Position numbers and translations under genes: made by a program. A stretch of DNA of 64,000 nt from a virus: IMG/VR virus record IMGVR_UViG_3300030012_005163, positions 134,362 through 198,361 of that record. The stretch is one strand, 5' to 3'. Positions 56,593 to 64,000 of the stretch are shown here, piece after piece. Each line of letters starts with the position of its first letter. Position 1 is the first letter of the stretch. Under the pieces are notes generated by a model. The model searched no databases. It was given only the letters and a program-made list of their open reading frames with translations, and was not told the DNA's origin.

Positions 56593-57327
56593 ATGCCACA
56601 GATATATGAAGTAGGAGGATGTGTAAGAGACGAAATCATAGGTGTCCACACCAACGACATTGATTTCACATTCGTTTTAGATAATACCGATCAAACAGTA
56701 GATGAGGGATGGGATGAAATGTTATCTCATCTAAAAAATGAAGGGTTTAAAATATTCTTAGAGACTAAAGATTGTTTTACTGTTAGAGCTAAGTTCCCTA
56801 AAGGACATGTGAATGAAGGGTTGGTGGCAGACTTTGTAATGGCTCGTAAGGAAGTAGGTTACATCTTAGGTACTAGAAAACCTATATTAGAATTAGGGAC
56901 ACTGGAAGACGATTTAAGAAGGAGGGATTTTACCCTTAATGCATTGGCAAAAGATTTAGATGGAACTATTGTTGATTTATTTGAGGGTAGAAAACATTTA
57001 GAGGAAGGTATTTTAGTTACTCCACTAAATCCAATTAAAACTTTCTTTGACGATCCGTTAAGGATGATTAGAGCATTAAGGTTTTCGATTACTAAAGGTT
57101 TTGAGATTGATCCTGAAGTTTGGGACGCAATGTTTGAACCGGGATTAATTGAACACTTAAAGAACGTAGTATCAAAAGAAAGGATACAAGGTGAGGTTTC
57201 TAAAATGATGAAACACGATACAGTATCTACTTTAAGGTTACTAGCGAAGATTGATAAAATTGAACCTAAACTATTAGAGGTTATGTTTGGTGGTGATATA
57301 TGGTTACTACCATCAACAAAGAAATAA
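56593..57327 (+). CDS. cca: class II tRNA nucleotidyltransferase (CCA-adding / poly(A) polymerase family), short form
   Basis: YEVGGCVRD, NDIDF, EDDLRRRDFTLNALA, DDPLRMIRALRF and SKERIQGE. CCA versus poly(A) specificity cannot be determined by eye. Confidence 0.85.
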   Translation: MPQIYEVGGCVRDEIIGVHTNDIDFTFVLDNTDQTVDEGWDEMLSHLKNEGFKIFLETKDCFTVRAKFPKGHVNEGLVADFVMARKEVGYILGTRKPILELGTLEDDLRRRDFTLNALAKDLDGTIVDLFEGRKHLEEGILVTPLNPIKTFFDDPLRMIRALRFSITKGFEIDPEVWDAMFEPGLIEHLKNVVSKERIQGEVSKMMKHDTVSTLRLLAKIDKIEPKLLEVMFGGDIWLLPSTKK

Positions 57328-57570
57328 GAGTACACAACGGACAAGGCTATGGCGAGTGAGTTGTGACATAATGAGGGTAGGAGATTAAAAAGGTTTTGTT
57401 ACTATAGAAGAAAAATATACTTGTAACAAAAGGAAGTAGCGGAAGGGTACATAATATGATCCTGTAAATTCTAGACAATCAGGAGGCCAAAACCCTTTTT
57501 AATCGTTTGAACTAACACTATGGACAACAATAAATCGGTGGGATGCGAGTGGTTGACCAGTACTCTTATT
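57323..57570 (+). ncRNA. putative ~250-nt structured RNA of unknown class
   Basis: AATAAGAGTAC/GTACTCTTATT end-closing stem; GATTAAAAAGG/CCTTTTTAATC; TTTTGTTAC/GTAACAAAA; TCCTG/CAGGA; no ORF; followed by a T-rich tract. Confidence 0.55.
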
Positions 57571-57618
57571 TTTTATTTTTTTTTTCTACATATTTATTTA
57601 GTAGAAACCATTTAATTT

Positions 57619-58131
57619 ATGAAAAATGTGCCAAGTAAACTTAATTTGTGCACTCGTTTAATACTGGTAATATTGGGTATACTATCCATAATCGTATTGC
57701 CAATAATCTACGGGTGGGAAGGTAGTTATAGTCAATATTATCAATACATCCCTTTAGGTTTCACTACAATTTTTTCTACCTTATCTATTGGTTTATATAT
57801 ACATAGTAATAATGAATGGAAAATATCTGCAATGGCATTAATATGTTTGGCGATTTTTGATATGTATCAATTTCCCTTACTTCACTATAGTTGTGCAATA
57901 TTCTTTTTTATATTTGCGACATTTGCAATGTGGAATGATAAAAGAGTAAGTGGTTTTGGTAAACTTTCCTTATCCCTTTACCCTCTAATATTTTTTAGTT
58001 TAATGATTTTTGAGTTAATACAAGTTTTAATTATATGTTCATTTCATTTAATTTATGTTATTAGATTACTTAATACTAAAATAGAAAAAAAAATAATTCA
58101 AGAAGTTATTATGGAAGATAACGATATTTAA
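57619..58131 (+). CDS. multi-pass membrane protein
   Basis: About five hydrophobic helices; SYSQYY and LHYSCAIFFF. Confidence 0.65.
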   Translation: MKNVPSKLNLCTRLILVILGILSIIVLPIIYGWEGSYSQYYQYIPLGFTTIFSTLSIGLYIHSNNEWKISAMALICLAIFDMYQFPLLHYSCAIFFFIFATFAMWNDKRVSGFGKLSLSLYPLIFFSLMIFELIQVLIICSFHLIYVIRLLNTKIEKKIIQEVIMEDNDI

Positions 58132-58135
58132 TAGT

Positions 58136-58426
58136 ATGTTACCTAAAACGTTTTACAAACAGAATATTAAAAATAAAAATGATATATCATCTAAAGTGAA
58201 ACTATATACTATTACATATGATTACACATTAAACCCATATTTTGGTGAATATATAAAAGAATCTTATAATAAATTTGGGAACGTTATAGATAATTTAGGA
58301 TTAATGAAATTAACTGGGTATAGTAAAGATGAGGTGGAATATAATTTTCATCAGTTAATGAAGATGTATTATATTTTACCTAAAAAAATAAGTGAATACG
58401 AAATAAAAGAAATTACTCATTCGTAA
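58136..58426 (+). CDS. hypothetical protein
   Basis: 96-aa ORF. Confidence 0.5.
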   Translation: MLPKTFYKQNIKNKNDISSKVKLYTITYDYTLNPYFGEYIKESYNKFGNVIDNLGLMKLTGYSKDEVEYNFHQLMKMYYILPKKISEYEIKEITHS

Positions 58427-59153
58427 ATCCGTTTTGTAATCTATCTAAAATCTTTTTAAGTTGTGCTGCTTCCTCAAAATTCTGTATTTCCACTGCATCC
58501 TCTTTTTGTTCCTCCAACATTTCTATAATATTAGTGTTACCTAAAATCTGTATAAATTTTTCTTTTGCAGAATTTCTACCTTCGGGACTTTTATGTATTG
58601 TTAAAACATAAAGGACAGTACCTAATAATTCAAACAATAGAACAAAAGAATTACCTCTAAAAAATAACTCTTCACCTTTTAAATTAGAAACAGTTCTATA
58701 TATAGACATATTCTCTGAGATTACCATAGGTATATTTTTTAACTCATTTAATGGTATAAATTCCAAATTGTATAACTGTTCTTCATTACCAATTCCATCA
58801 AAGTCTACTCTAATATCTATAAAATCTTTTTCCTCATTTAATTGTATATAGTCAAATATTTTATATGCTTTTAAAAATTGTATTCCTTTATTTGGATCTA
58901 CACTTTTACCTTTCTTATCCCATTCTTTTAAGAATACATCAATAGAAGACCCTTTCATTGTTTCTTTAAAAAGTATATTAAGAAAATCTTTTTCTTTTAT
59001 TACATGATTAAAGAATGTTTTAAAAGTTATTCCCGCCTCAAATTCTACTGGACAATCTAAATAATTTATTATTGTATCCACTTTTTCTACTTCCTTACTA
59101 ACCTTATCTACTAAGTGTAAAGATCCATTTTTTTTAAATAGTATTGTTCTCAT
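58413..59153 (-). CDS. hypothetical protein with C-terminal UVR (UvrB/C) helix pair
   Basis: EMLEEQKEDAVEIQNFEEAAQLKKIL. Confidence 0.65.
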   Translation of the reverse strand: MRTILFKKNGSLHLVDKVSKEVEKVDTIINYLDCPVEFEAGITFKTFFNHVIKEKDFLNILFKETMKGSSIDVFLKEWDKKGKSVDPNKGIQFLKAYKIFDYIQLNEEKDFIDIRVDFDGIGNEEQLYNLEFIPLNELKNIPMVISENMSIYRTVSNLKGEELFFRGNSFVLLFELLGTVLYVLTIHKSPEGRNSAKEKFIQILGNTNIIEMLEEQKEDAVEIQNFEEAAQLKKILDRLQNGFTNE

Positions 59154-59154
59154 C

Positions 59155-59376
59155 TTAATTATAAATAGGCAATATTTGAGATAAATTATCTAACTTATAC
59201 ATTCGCCCATTTACTGTTGCACAAATATCCCACCCGAAAAAGTCATTACTACCTAATTTTTCTAATACACCTTCTATGTCAGTATAACCTTCAGTTGTAA
59301 TTCCCTTATCTGTGTCAATATTATATACGTTTTTTAGCAATACTTTTTTGCCAATTAACTTTAATTTACGGTCCAT
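59155..59376 (-). CDS. small hypothetical protein
   Basis: 73-aa ORF coupled to 58413-59153. Confidence 0.55.
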   Translation of the reverse strand: MDRKLKLIGKKVLLKNVYNIDTDKGITTEGYTDIEGVLEKLGSNDFFGWDICATVNGRMYKLDNLSQILPIYN

Positions 59377-59535
59377 TTTATATGAAATTAATAAATAGTC
59401 TTTTTTTTTTGTACTATTTTTCTGTTTTCTATAATATAAGTATATATTATTTATTTAAAAGATACACAAAAATACTACAAAAAATCTAATATGTCAATAT
59501 TTGACTATATTAAAAAAATAAAGTATCTTTATTAA

Positions 59536-59955
59536 ATGAATGATAAAGTAAAAGAAGCTATCATATCTTTTTTAGAAAAAAGAGATTTAATAAATGAAAA
59601 TACTTATAGTGAATTATTAAGTGATAGTGAGAAATTAAAAACAATAAGAGAGGTTATAAATAATTCTCTGTTGGAATGTAAAAGAAATATTATTAAATCT
59701 AATATTAATCTTTTAAATGAAAGAATATTCAAAGATGACTATGAAGGTGCAATTGAGGTAATAACAAATACTAAGGATAAAACTTTTTTTTATGATTATT
59801 TAGATTCACTGAATGATTTACTACTTAAATTTCAAGATTATGAAAAGTGTTTTGATGACGAAACAGTACATTTATCTGTTGTAAAAGATAACTTCTTTTT
59901 AAAAGATGATCAAGTAGTTGACATATTAAACGAAATATATTTGGATAATAAATAA
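59536..59955 (+). CDS. hypothetical protein
   Basis: 139-aa ORF behind a TTTG...TATCTTTA promoter-like motif. Confidence 0.6.
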   Translation: MNDKVKEAIISFLEKRDLINENTYSELLSDSEKLKTIREVINNSLLECKRNIIKSNINLLNERIFKDDYEGAIEVITNTKDKTFFYDYLDSLNDLLLKFQDYEKCFDDETVHLSVVKDNFFLKDDQVVDILNEIYLDNK

Positions 59956-59960
59956 TTTTT

Positions 59961-60305
59961 TTGTACTTTTATAATATGTTAACAGAGAAACATATTAAAA
60001 ATTTCGTAGAAAAAGGTAAAAGTTTTTTTGATAGATACATTTCATATACTACTAATCCTTTAGGTATACCATCAGTAATCATAGTAAAAAAAATTACCCA
60101 CCCAAAATTTGTTTTAGGTTCAGATGAAATTACTTCTATTAGTTACTGTGTATCACAATCAATAGAGAGACATTACTCTTCACTAAGTATTGCTAACTTA
60201 TTAGAGTCACATATGCACTTACCTCAAAAGGATTGCCATCAAATTGCAGAATATATCGTACAAAAAAAGTATGAACAATATATAGATTTTGTGATGTCTT
60301 CATAG
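59961..60305 (+). CDS. hypothetical protein
   Basis: 114-aa ORF (start may be the ATG at 59976). Confidence 0.55.
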   Translation: MYFYNMLTEKHIKNFVEKGKSFFDRYISYTTNPLGIPSVIIVKKITHPKFVLGSDEITSISYCVSQSIERHYSSLSIANLLESHMHLPQKDCHQIAEYIVQKKYEQYIDFVMSS

Positions 60306-60332
60306 TTTTTTCATATTTATGAAAAAAAAGAC

Positions 60333-60554
60333 ATGATATATTTTATTTTTATTATCCCCACCCTTATATTTGGTTTAGTAATTTATTTACTATTAAGAAA
60401 AAGAAATAAAAAAACTATGAAATCTATTAATAACGATAAACAGATAATGGAAGACTTAAGATACTTAAGAAAACAGTTATTAACAGAAACTAATCCAAAT
60501 GTTAGATTAGAAATAATGAAAAAAATTGAGATAATAAGTAGTTTCTATAATTAA
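60333..60554 (+). CDS. small membrane-anchored protein
   Basis: N-terminal TM followed by basic residues. Confidence 0.55.
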   Translation: MIYFIFIIPTLIFGLVIYLLLRKRNKKTMKSINNDKQIMEDLRYLRKQLLTETNPNVRLEIMKKIEIISSFYN

Positions 60555-60859
60555 TGGAAAAAATACCTGTCATACATATTAATAGTGAATTAGAAGAGCA
60601 AGAGTATCTTCAAAACCATAAAACAAATTTACATATCAAAATAATGGAAACTGTAGATTTTGCGTACGATAACGATGTAGAGTCTATAGAAATAGTTAAA
60701 GTAGTAAATAACTATAGAAAAGTTACATTTATATTGTGTGTTACCAAAGATAATTGGGAAGATAGTTTAAATAAATGTTTGACACATTTTATAGATCAAG
60801 AAGAATATGAACTATGTGATAAAGTTCACAAAATTATAAAAAAAATTAGTGATGAATAA
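60554..60859 (+). CDS. hypothetical protein
   Basis: 101-aa ORF, TAATG-coupled. Confidence 0.6.
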   Translation: MEKIPVIHINSELEEQEYLQNHKTNLHIKIMETVDFAYDNDVESIEIVKVVNNYRKVTFILCVTKDNWEDSLNKCLTHFIDQEEYELCDKVHKIIKKISDE

Positions 60860-61073
60860 ATTAGATTTACACGGTGTCAGACATAATGAAGTATCTAGAA
60901 AGTTAGATATTTTTTTAGGAGAACATTTGACTAAAGGTAGTAATGAAGTAACTATTATTACGGGTCATAGTGATCAAATGAAAAAAATTGTGGACAACGT
61001 ATTAGTAGATTATGGTTTAACTTCAGAATATGGATTCTTAAATAAGGCACAACTCACCGTCAAACTTTCCTAA
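60849..61073 (+). CDS. stand-alone Smr-domain protein
   Basis: KLDLHGVRH...VTIITGHS...MKKIV is the Smr signature (LDLHG, IITG.G with variation). Confidence 0.75.
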   Translation: MMNKLDLHGVRHNEVSRKLDIFLGEHLTKGSNEVTIITGHSDQMKKIVDNVLVDYGLTSEYGFLNKAQLTVKLS

Positions 61074-61141
61074 CAATTCTTTTACAAATCATTTAATATT
61101 ATTTATTAATTTTAGTTATTTATATATAAAACTATATATAC

Positions 61142-61714
61142 ATGAAAAATACTGAATTATTAAATGAGTTAGAAAGTTATATTTCTAAATTTAGAAAACA
61201 AGATACACAAGCTGGTGAAAGTTTAGGTGTTGATACTAGACTTTTAACCTATGGAAGTACACCTTATGAAACTTTTCATAATTTAATTAAGAACACCTCA
61301 ATAAAACCCAGAAGATTTATCGTAGTAGGTTGTAGTACAGGATGGATGAATTTTTATTGGAATGAATTATATCCTAATATAAAGACAATTGGTATTGATA
61401 TTCATCCCTATAGATTAGAGTTTGGTAATAAGCTAATAAAAGATTATAGTTTAAATAATATAGAATTAAAAAACTGTTCACTCTATGATTTTGAATTTCA
61501 AAACGGAGATTTAATATGGCAAAGTAATCTTTGTTTTCCGCAAGAAGAAGTTTATGAAATAAATGAAAAAGTTATAGAAGAAACTCCTAATGTCACTATT
61601 ATTAGCTATAGACCCTTAAGTAGAAAAACAGAAAATAGATATTTTATAAAATATTATCGCTATCCTACCAGTTGGACAGAAAGACAACCATTTCATATTT
61701 ATGAAAAGTTATGA
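61142..61714 (+). CDS. class I SAM-dependent methyltransferase
   Basis: YGSTPYE, FIVVGCSTG (motif I variant), IGIDI and LIWQSNLCF. Confidence 0.7.
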   Translation: MKNTELLNELESYISKFRKQDTQAGESLGVDTRLLTYGSTPYETFHNLIKNTSIKPRRFIVVGCSTGWMNFYWNELYPNIKTIGIDIHPYRLEFGNKLIKDYSLNNIELKNCSLYDFEFQNGDLIWQSNLCFPQEEVYEINEKVIEETPNVTIISYRPLSRKTENRYFIKYYRYPTSWTERQPFHIYEKL

Positions 61715-62669
61715 TATAACATATATTTCGTCTAATATTTCTTTTCTACTAGATTGTTACATAAATTCATTTAAAGATTTAGATTTACTGGTAATCGATA
61801 GAGAAGATAAATTGGGAGGTGCGTGGCAAATATCAGACGCAAGAGTACATTTACAGTGGGTTAGTAATGAACATAAAAACTATATTCAAACTATTAATAA
61901 GGATTTAAAAAAAGTTGATAACAAATTTGAAATAAAAGGTCCACTTAAAAATGTTAAAACTATTGATGATGAAATCTATTCGGACTATTCTCTTTACCAT
62001 ATTAATTTAGGTTCTAATTTATTTATGGAAAAATTAATAAAAAAAATAAAAAAAAGGGAGAATATTAAAATAATTAAAGATAATATTAAAGAAATAACAT
62101 TAAAAAATGACATTTTCACCATTATTGGTAATAAAAAATACCAATCCCATAGATTATATTTAACTAATAATTTAAAATTAAATAAAATAACTTTAAACAA
62201 TAAAGAATATAAACTATTTTCTATAGATAAAAAATATAATCATCTTTTCATTGAAATTAAATCTAATAATATTAATCCTTTAGATGTTTTAATATGTGAA
62301 GGAAATGGTTTTAAGTGGGATCAGAGAATAATATTTGGTGAAACTAAACAAAAAATCCACCAAAAATTAAATAATTCTTTATTTTTTTTAATAAATGTAA
62401 CTGAATTATATAATGTAGAAAAAAATACACAACTTTTTTCATGTAGAATAAAAAACAAAATATTTATTGACGACTTTAAACATTATTTAGTTCATAATAA
62501 AATAACAGAACCAGACGTAGAGATAAAAATATTAGAAGATGATGAATATATACAAAATAGGTTAATTAATCTTTATTCTTTACCCCAAACTAAAAATTTA
62601 GAATTATTTACCACAATGAACTATTTTAAATATTTAGTTAAACTAAACCAATTGAGAAATGAAAATTAA
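61701..62669 (+). CDS. Rossmann-like (FAD-oxidoreductase-derived) protein, glycine motif lost
   Basis: MKSYDITYIS..., LVIDREDKLGGAW recall the NAD(P)/FAD-binding N-terminus, but GxGxxG is absent. Confidence 0.45.
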   Translation: MKSYDITYISSNISFLLDCYINSFKDLDLLVIDREDKLGGAWQISDARVHLQWVSNEHKNYIQTINKDLKKVDNKFEIKGPLKNVKTIDDEIYSDYSLYHINLGSNLFMEKLIKKIKKRENIKIIKDNIKEITLKNDIFTIIGNKKYQSHRLYLTNNLKLNKITLNNKEYKLFSIDKKYNHLFIEIKSNNINPLDVLICEGNGFKWDQRIIFGETKQKIHQKLNNSLFFLINVTELYNVEKNTQLFSCRIKNKIFIDDFKHYLVHNKITEPDVEIKILEDDEYIQNRLINLYSLPQTKNLELFTTMNYFKYLVKLNQLRNEN

Positions 62670-63303
62670 AAAAGGTTATATTATCCCAAAGTGTGTAGAA
62701 CTTAAAAAATCACCTTTACATGGTTTAGGGGTTTTTGCGACAGAATTTATACCTGAAGGTACAGAATTAGGTGTTGGGCATTATTTTGATTTTCATAACA
62801 GAAAAAAAGGAATAGTAAACTTAAGAACTACATTAGTTCCTTTCTTTAACCATAATAATAATCCTAATTTAGTATTAAAACAAAAAAAACCTACCCCTAA
62901 GTGGGAATGTGGATTTAGTTTACATAATAGAATATATACTAAAAGAGATATACAAATAGGTGAAGAACTTTTATTAAAATATAGTTGGTATAACCCTACA
63001 AAACCAGATACTGAAAATAATAGACATTATATCCCCTTACCAAACTGTGTTTCTATTGAAAAAAGGAACGGTAAATATGTTTTATACGCAACAGAAGATA
63101 TTGAAAAAGGATTTAATTTTGGTGTGTGTCATCATTGGTACGAACCAACTTGTTGTTTTGAACCTAACGCAATTGGGGGGTATTTAACGGAATCTATAAC
63201 ACCCAATAGTAAATTAGTTAAAGAGGAAAGAGATATTAGTTTACATTCAATTAAAATAATAAATAAAGGAGAAATAATAAGTGTGAATTATGGAAAAATA
63301 TAA
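62659..63303 (+). CDS. tandem SET-domain protein (putative lysine methyltransferase)
   Basis: SET1: KSPLHGLGVFATEFI, FFNHNNNPN, DIQIGEELLLKY. SET2 (degenerate): YVLYATEDIEKG, GGYLTESITPN, INKGEIISVNYG. Confidence 0.8.
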   Translation: MKIKKGYIIPKCVELKKSPLHGLGVFATEFIPEGTELGVGHYFDFHNRKKGIVNLRTTLVPFFNHNNNPNLVLKQKKPTPKWECGFSLHNRIYTKRDIQIGEELLLKYSWYNPTKPDTENNRHYIPLPNCVSIEKRNGKYVLYATEDIEKGFNFGVCHHWYEPTCCFEPNAIGGYLTESITPNSKLVKEERDISLHSIKIINKGEIISVNYGKI

Positions 63304-64000
63304 TCTTATAGCACTTGACATAATAGATGGACTAGACGGTAAATTTTACGTAGTCGATATAAATGGTATTATAGGCGTAAATTCTATAATGAAATATAAG
63401 GTTCAATTCGATAAAAGAATTTTAGAAATTTTTGGTGAAAAGGTAAATATTGAATGTTCAACTTTTGTAAAAAACGGAGATGAACTAATTACAAAAACAG
63501 ATTCAAATGTAGTTATAAAAAATTTAGGTTTTAAATATGAAAATAAAATGGATTGGAGAAGAGTTTATAATTTTCCATGTCCACAAATAAATGAAAAAAT
63601 TAACCCTCACTCACATCCTGACTATCCTAAATATCTTTTGAAACCAGAATTTTCATTTAAAGGTAGAGGCATCATCTTATCTAATGATAAAATTATTAAA
63701 AAAGGGAACAACTTCATAGAAGAGTTTATACCGTCTAAACTTATTGATGGGCATTGTTATAGTATTAGAGTTATTATGGTTATAAATAAAAAAGAATCTT
63801 ATCCTCTTCTTTTTCTCAATAGAATTTGTCAAAAGCCTATAATTAAAAATTTACACGAAGGCAAATTAAATGAAGAGGAAAGTCTATCATACATTAGTAA
63901 TTTAAAAGCAGATAAAGAAAATGAAATTGCACATTATGTTGAAAATAAAGATCCTAAACTTATAGAATTTATAAAAAAAATAAAAATTTATGACATTTAG
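63290..64000 (+). CDS. ATP-grasp-like ligase, apparently circularly permuted
   Basis: YLLKPEFSFKGRGI and FIEEFI motifs, with the D...V(E/D)IN metal motif (ALDII...YVVDING) placed at the N-terminus; stop TAG at 63998-64000. Confidence 0.55.
   Translation: MEKYNLIALDIIDGLDGKFYVVDINGIIGVNSIMKYKVQFDKRILEIFGEKVNIECSTFVKNGDELITKTDSNVVIKNLGFKYENKMDWRRVYNFPCPQINEKINPHSHPDYPKYLLKPEFSFKGRGIILSNDKIIKKGNNFIEEFIPSKLIDGHCYSIRVIMVINKKESYPLLFLNRICQKPIIKNLHEGKLNEEESLSYISNLKADKENEIAHYVENKDPKLIEFIKKIKIYDI

Noticed and set aside
57370-57500. Cobalamin riboswitch or RNase P RNA identity for the structured element
   Set aside because: Only superficial words (TTAAAAAGG, GGAAG, CTGTAA); the GGGAA..GGTG core and the RNase P GAGGAAAGUCC box are absent, and no gene follows in a leader-like arrangement.
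59377-59535. T-rich intergenic tract as a regulatory RNA
   Set aside because: Low-complexity AT sequence between divergent genes, explained by back-to-back promoters; no stable stems seen.
79-62200. Many short ORF-track entries antisense to or nested in longer genes (e.g. 2121-2309, 3478-3753, 5182-5532, 6828-7172, 25818-26258, 40322-40585, 56859-57344)
   Set aside because: Shadow ORFs of AT-rich, Lys/Glu-rich genes (Phe/Leu/Ser-rich translations) with no motifs or promoter context.
1-64000. Stop-codon reassignment as in some large phages
   Set aside because: Code 11 gives dense full-length ORFs, and conserved proteins end at TAG (Ro60-like, bS21) or TGA at expected positions.
1-64000. Eukaryotic giant virus origin (SET domain, DnaJ, NUDIX, AT-richness)
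   Set aside because: Sigma-70, tmRNA, bS21, peptidoglycan hydrolases, LpxA, Bacteroidota promoters and intrinsic terminators all indicate a bacterial host.
1-64000. Integrase, transposase, intron or intein
   Set aside because: No recombinase or transposase motifs, terminal inverted repeats, split conserved genes or intein signatures were recognised.

Overview
Very AT-rich, densely coding window, mostly + strand, standard genetic code. It is best explained as part of a jumbo/huge bacteriophage infecting Bacteroidota (probably Flavobacteria-like). No capsid, terminase or integrase gene lies in the window, so the phage call rests on gene content. Host clues are repeated TTTG-N19/20-TAnnTTTG promoters, a Bacteroidota-style tmRNA tag (GNAEYAMAA), an Hc1-like histone and Bacteroidota-like ClpP and response regulator. 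Content: (i) DNA repair and modification (PD-(D/E)XK nuclease, SbcD/SbcC, two DNA methyltransferases, a pyrimidine-dimer glycosylase-like protein); (ii) a sigma-70 factor; (iii) a lysis/cell-wall region with three peptidoglycan hydrolase-like genes and a spanin-like overlapping pair; (iv) many host-like genes (LpxA, GT2, thioredoxin, DnaJ, ClpP, SlyD, ferritin, bS21, truncated glutamine synthetase); (v) a large family of acidic paralogs with shared N-terminal leaders; (vi) a rich RNA-repair and translation-rescue toolkit. The best candidate for an undescribed system is the Ro60/TROVE-like (DUF2828) gene at 22156-23607, followed directly by two tandem structured RNAs (about 130 and 263 nt) that share a 5' GAATGGTTTCNGCAAA motif and end-to-end closing stems. 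Other parts of the toolkit are a tmRNA, a CCA-adding enzyme abutting a second unknown ~250-nt structured RNA, a 2H phosphoesterase, a HAD phosphatase, a second nucleotidyltransferase and an Smr protein. A methyltransferase / tandem-SET / permuted ATP-grasp operon closes the window. All family assignments come from motif recognition by eye; no database searches were run.
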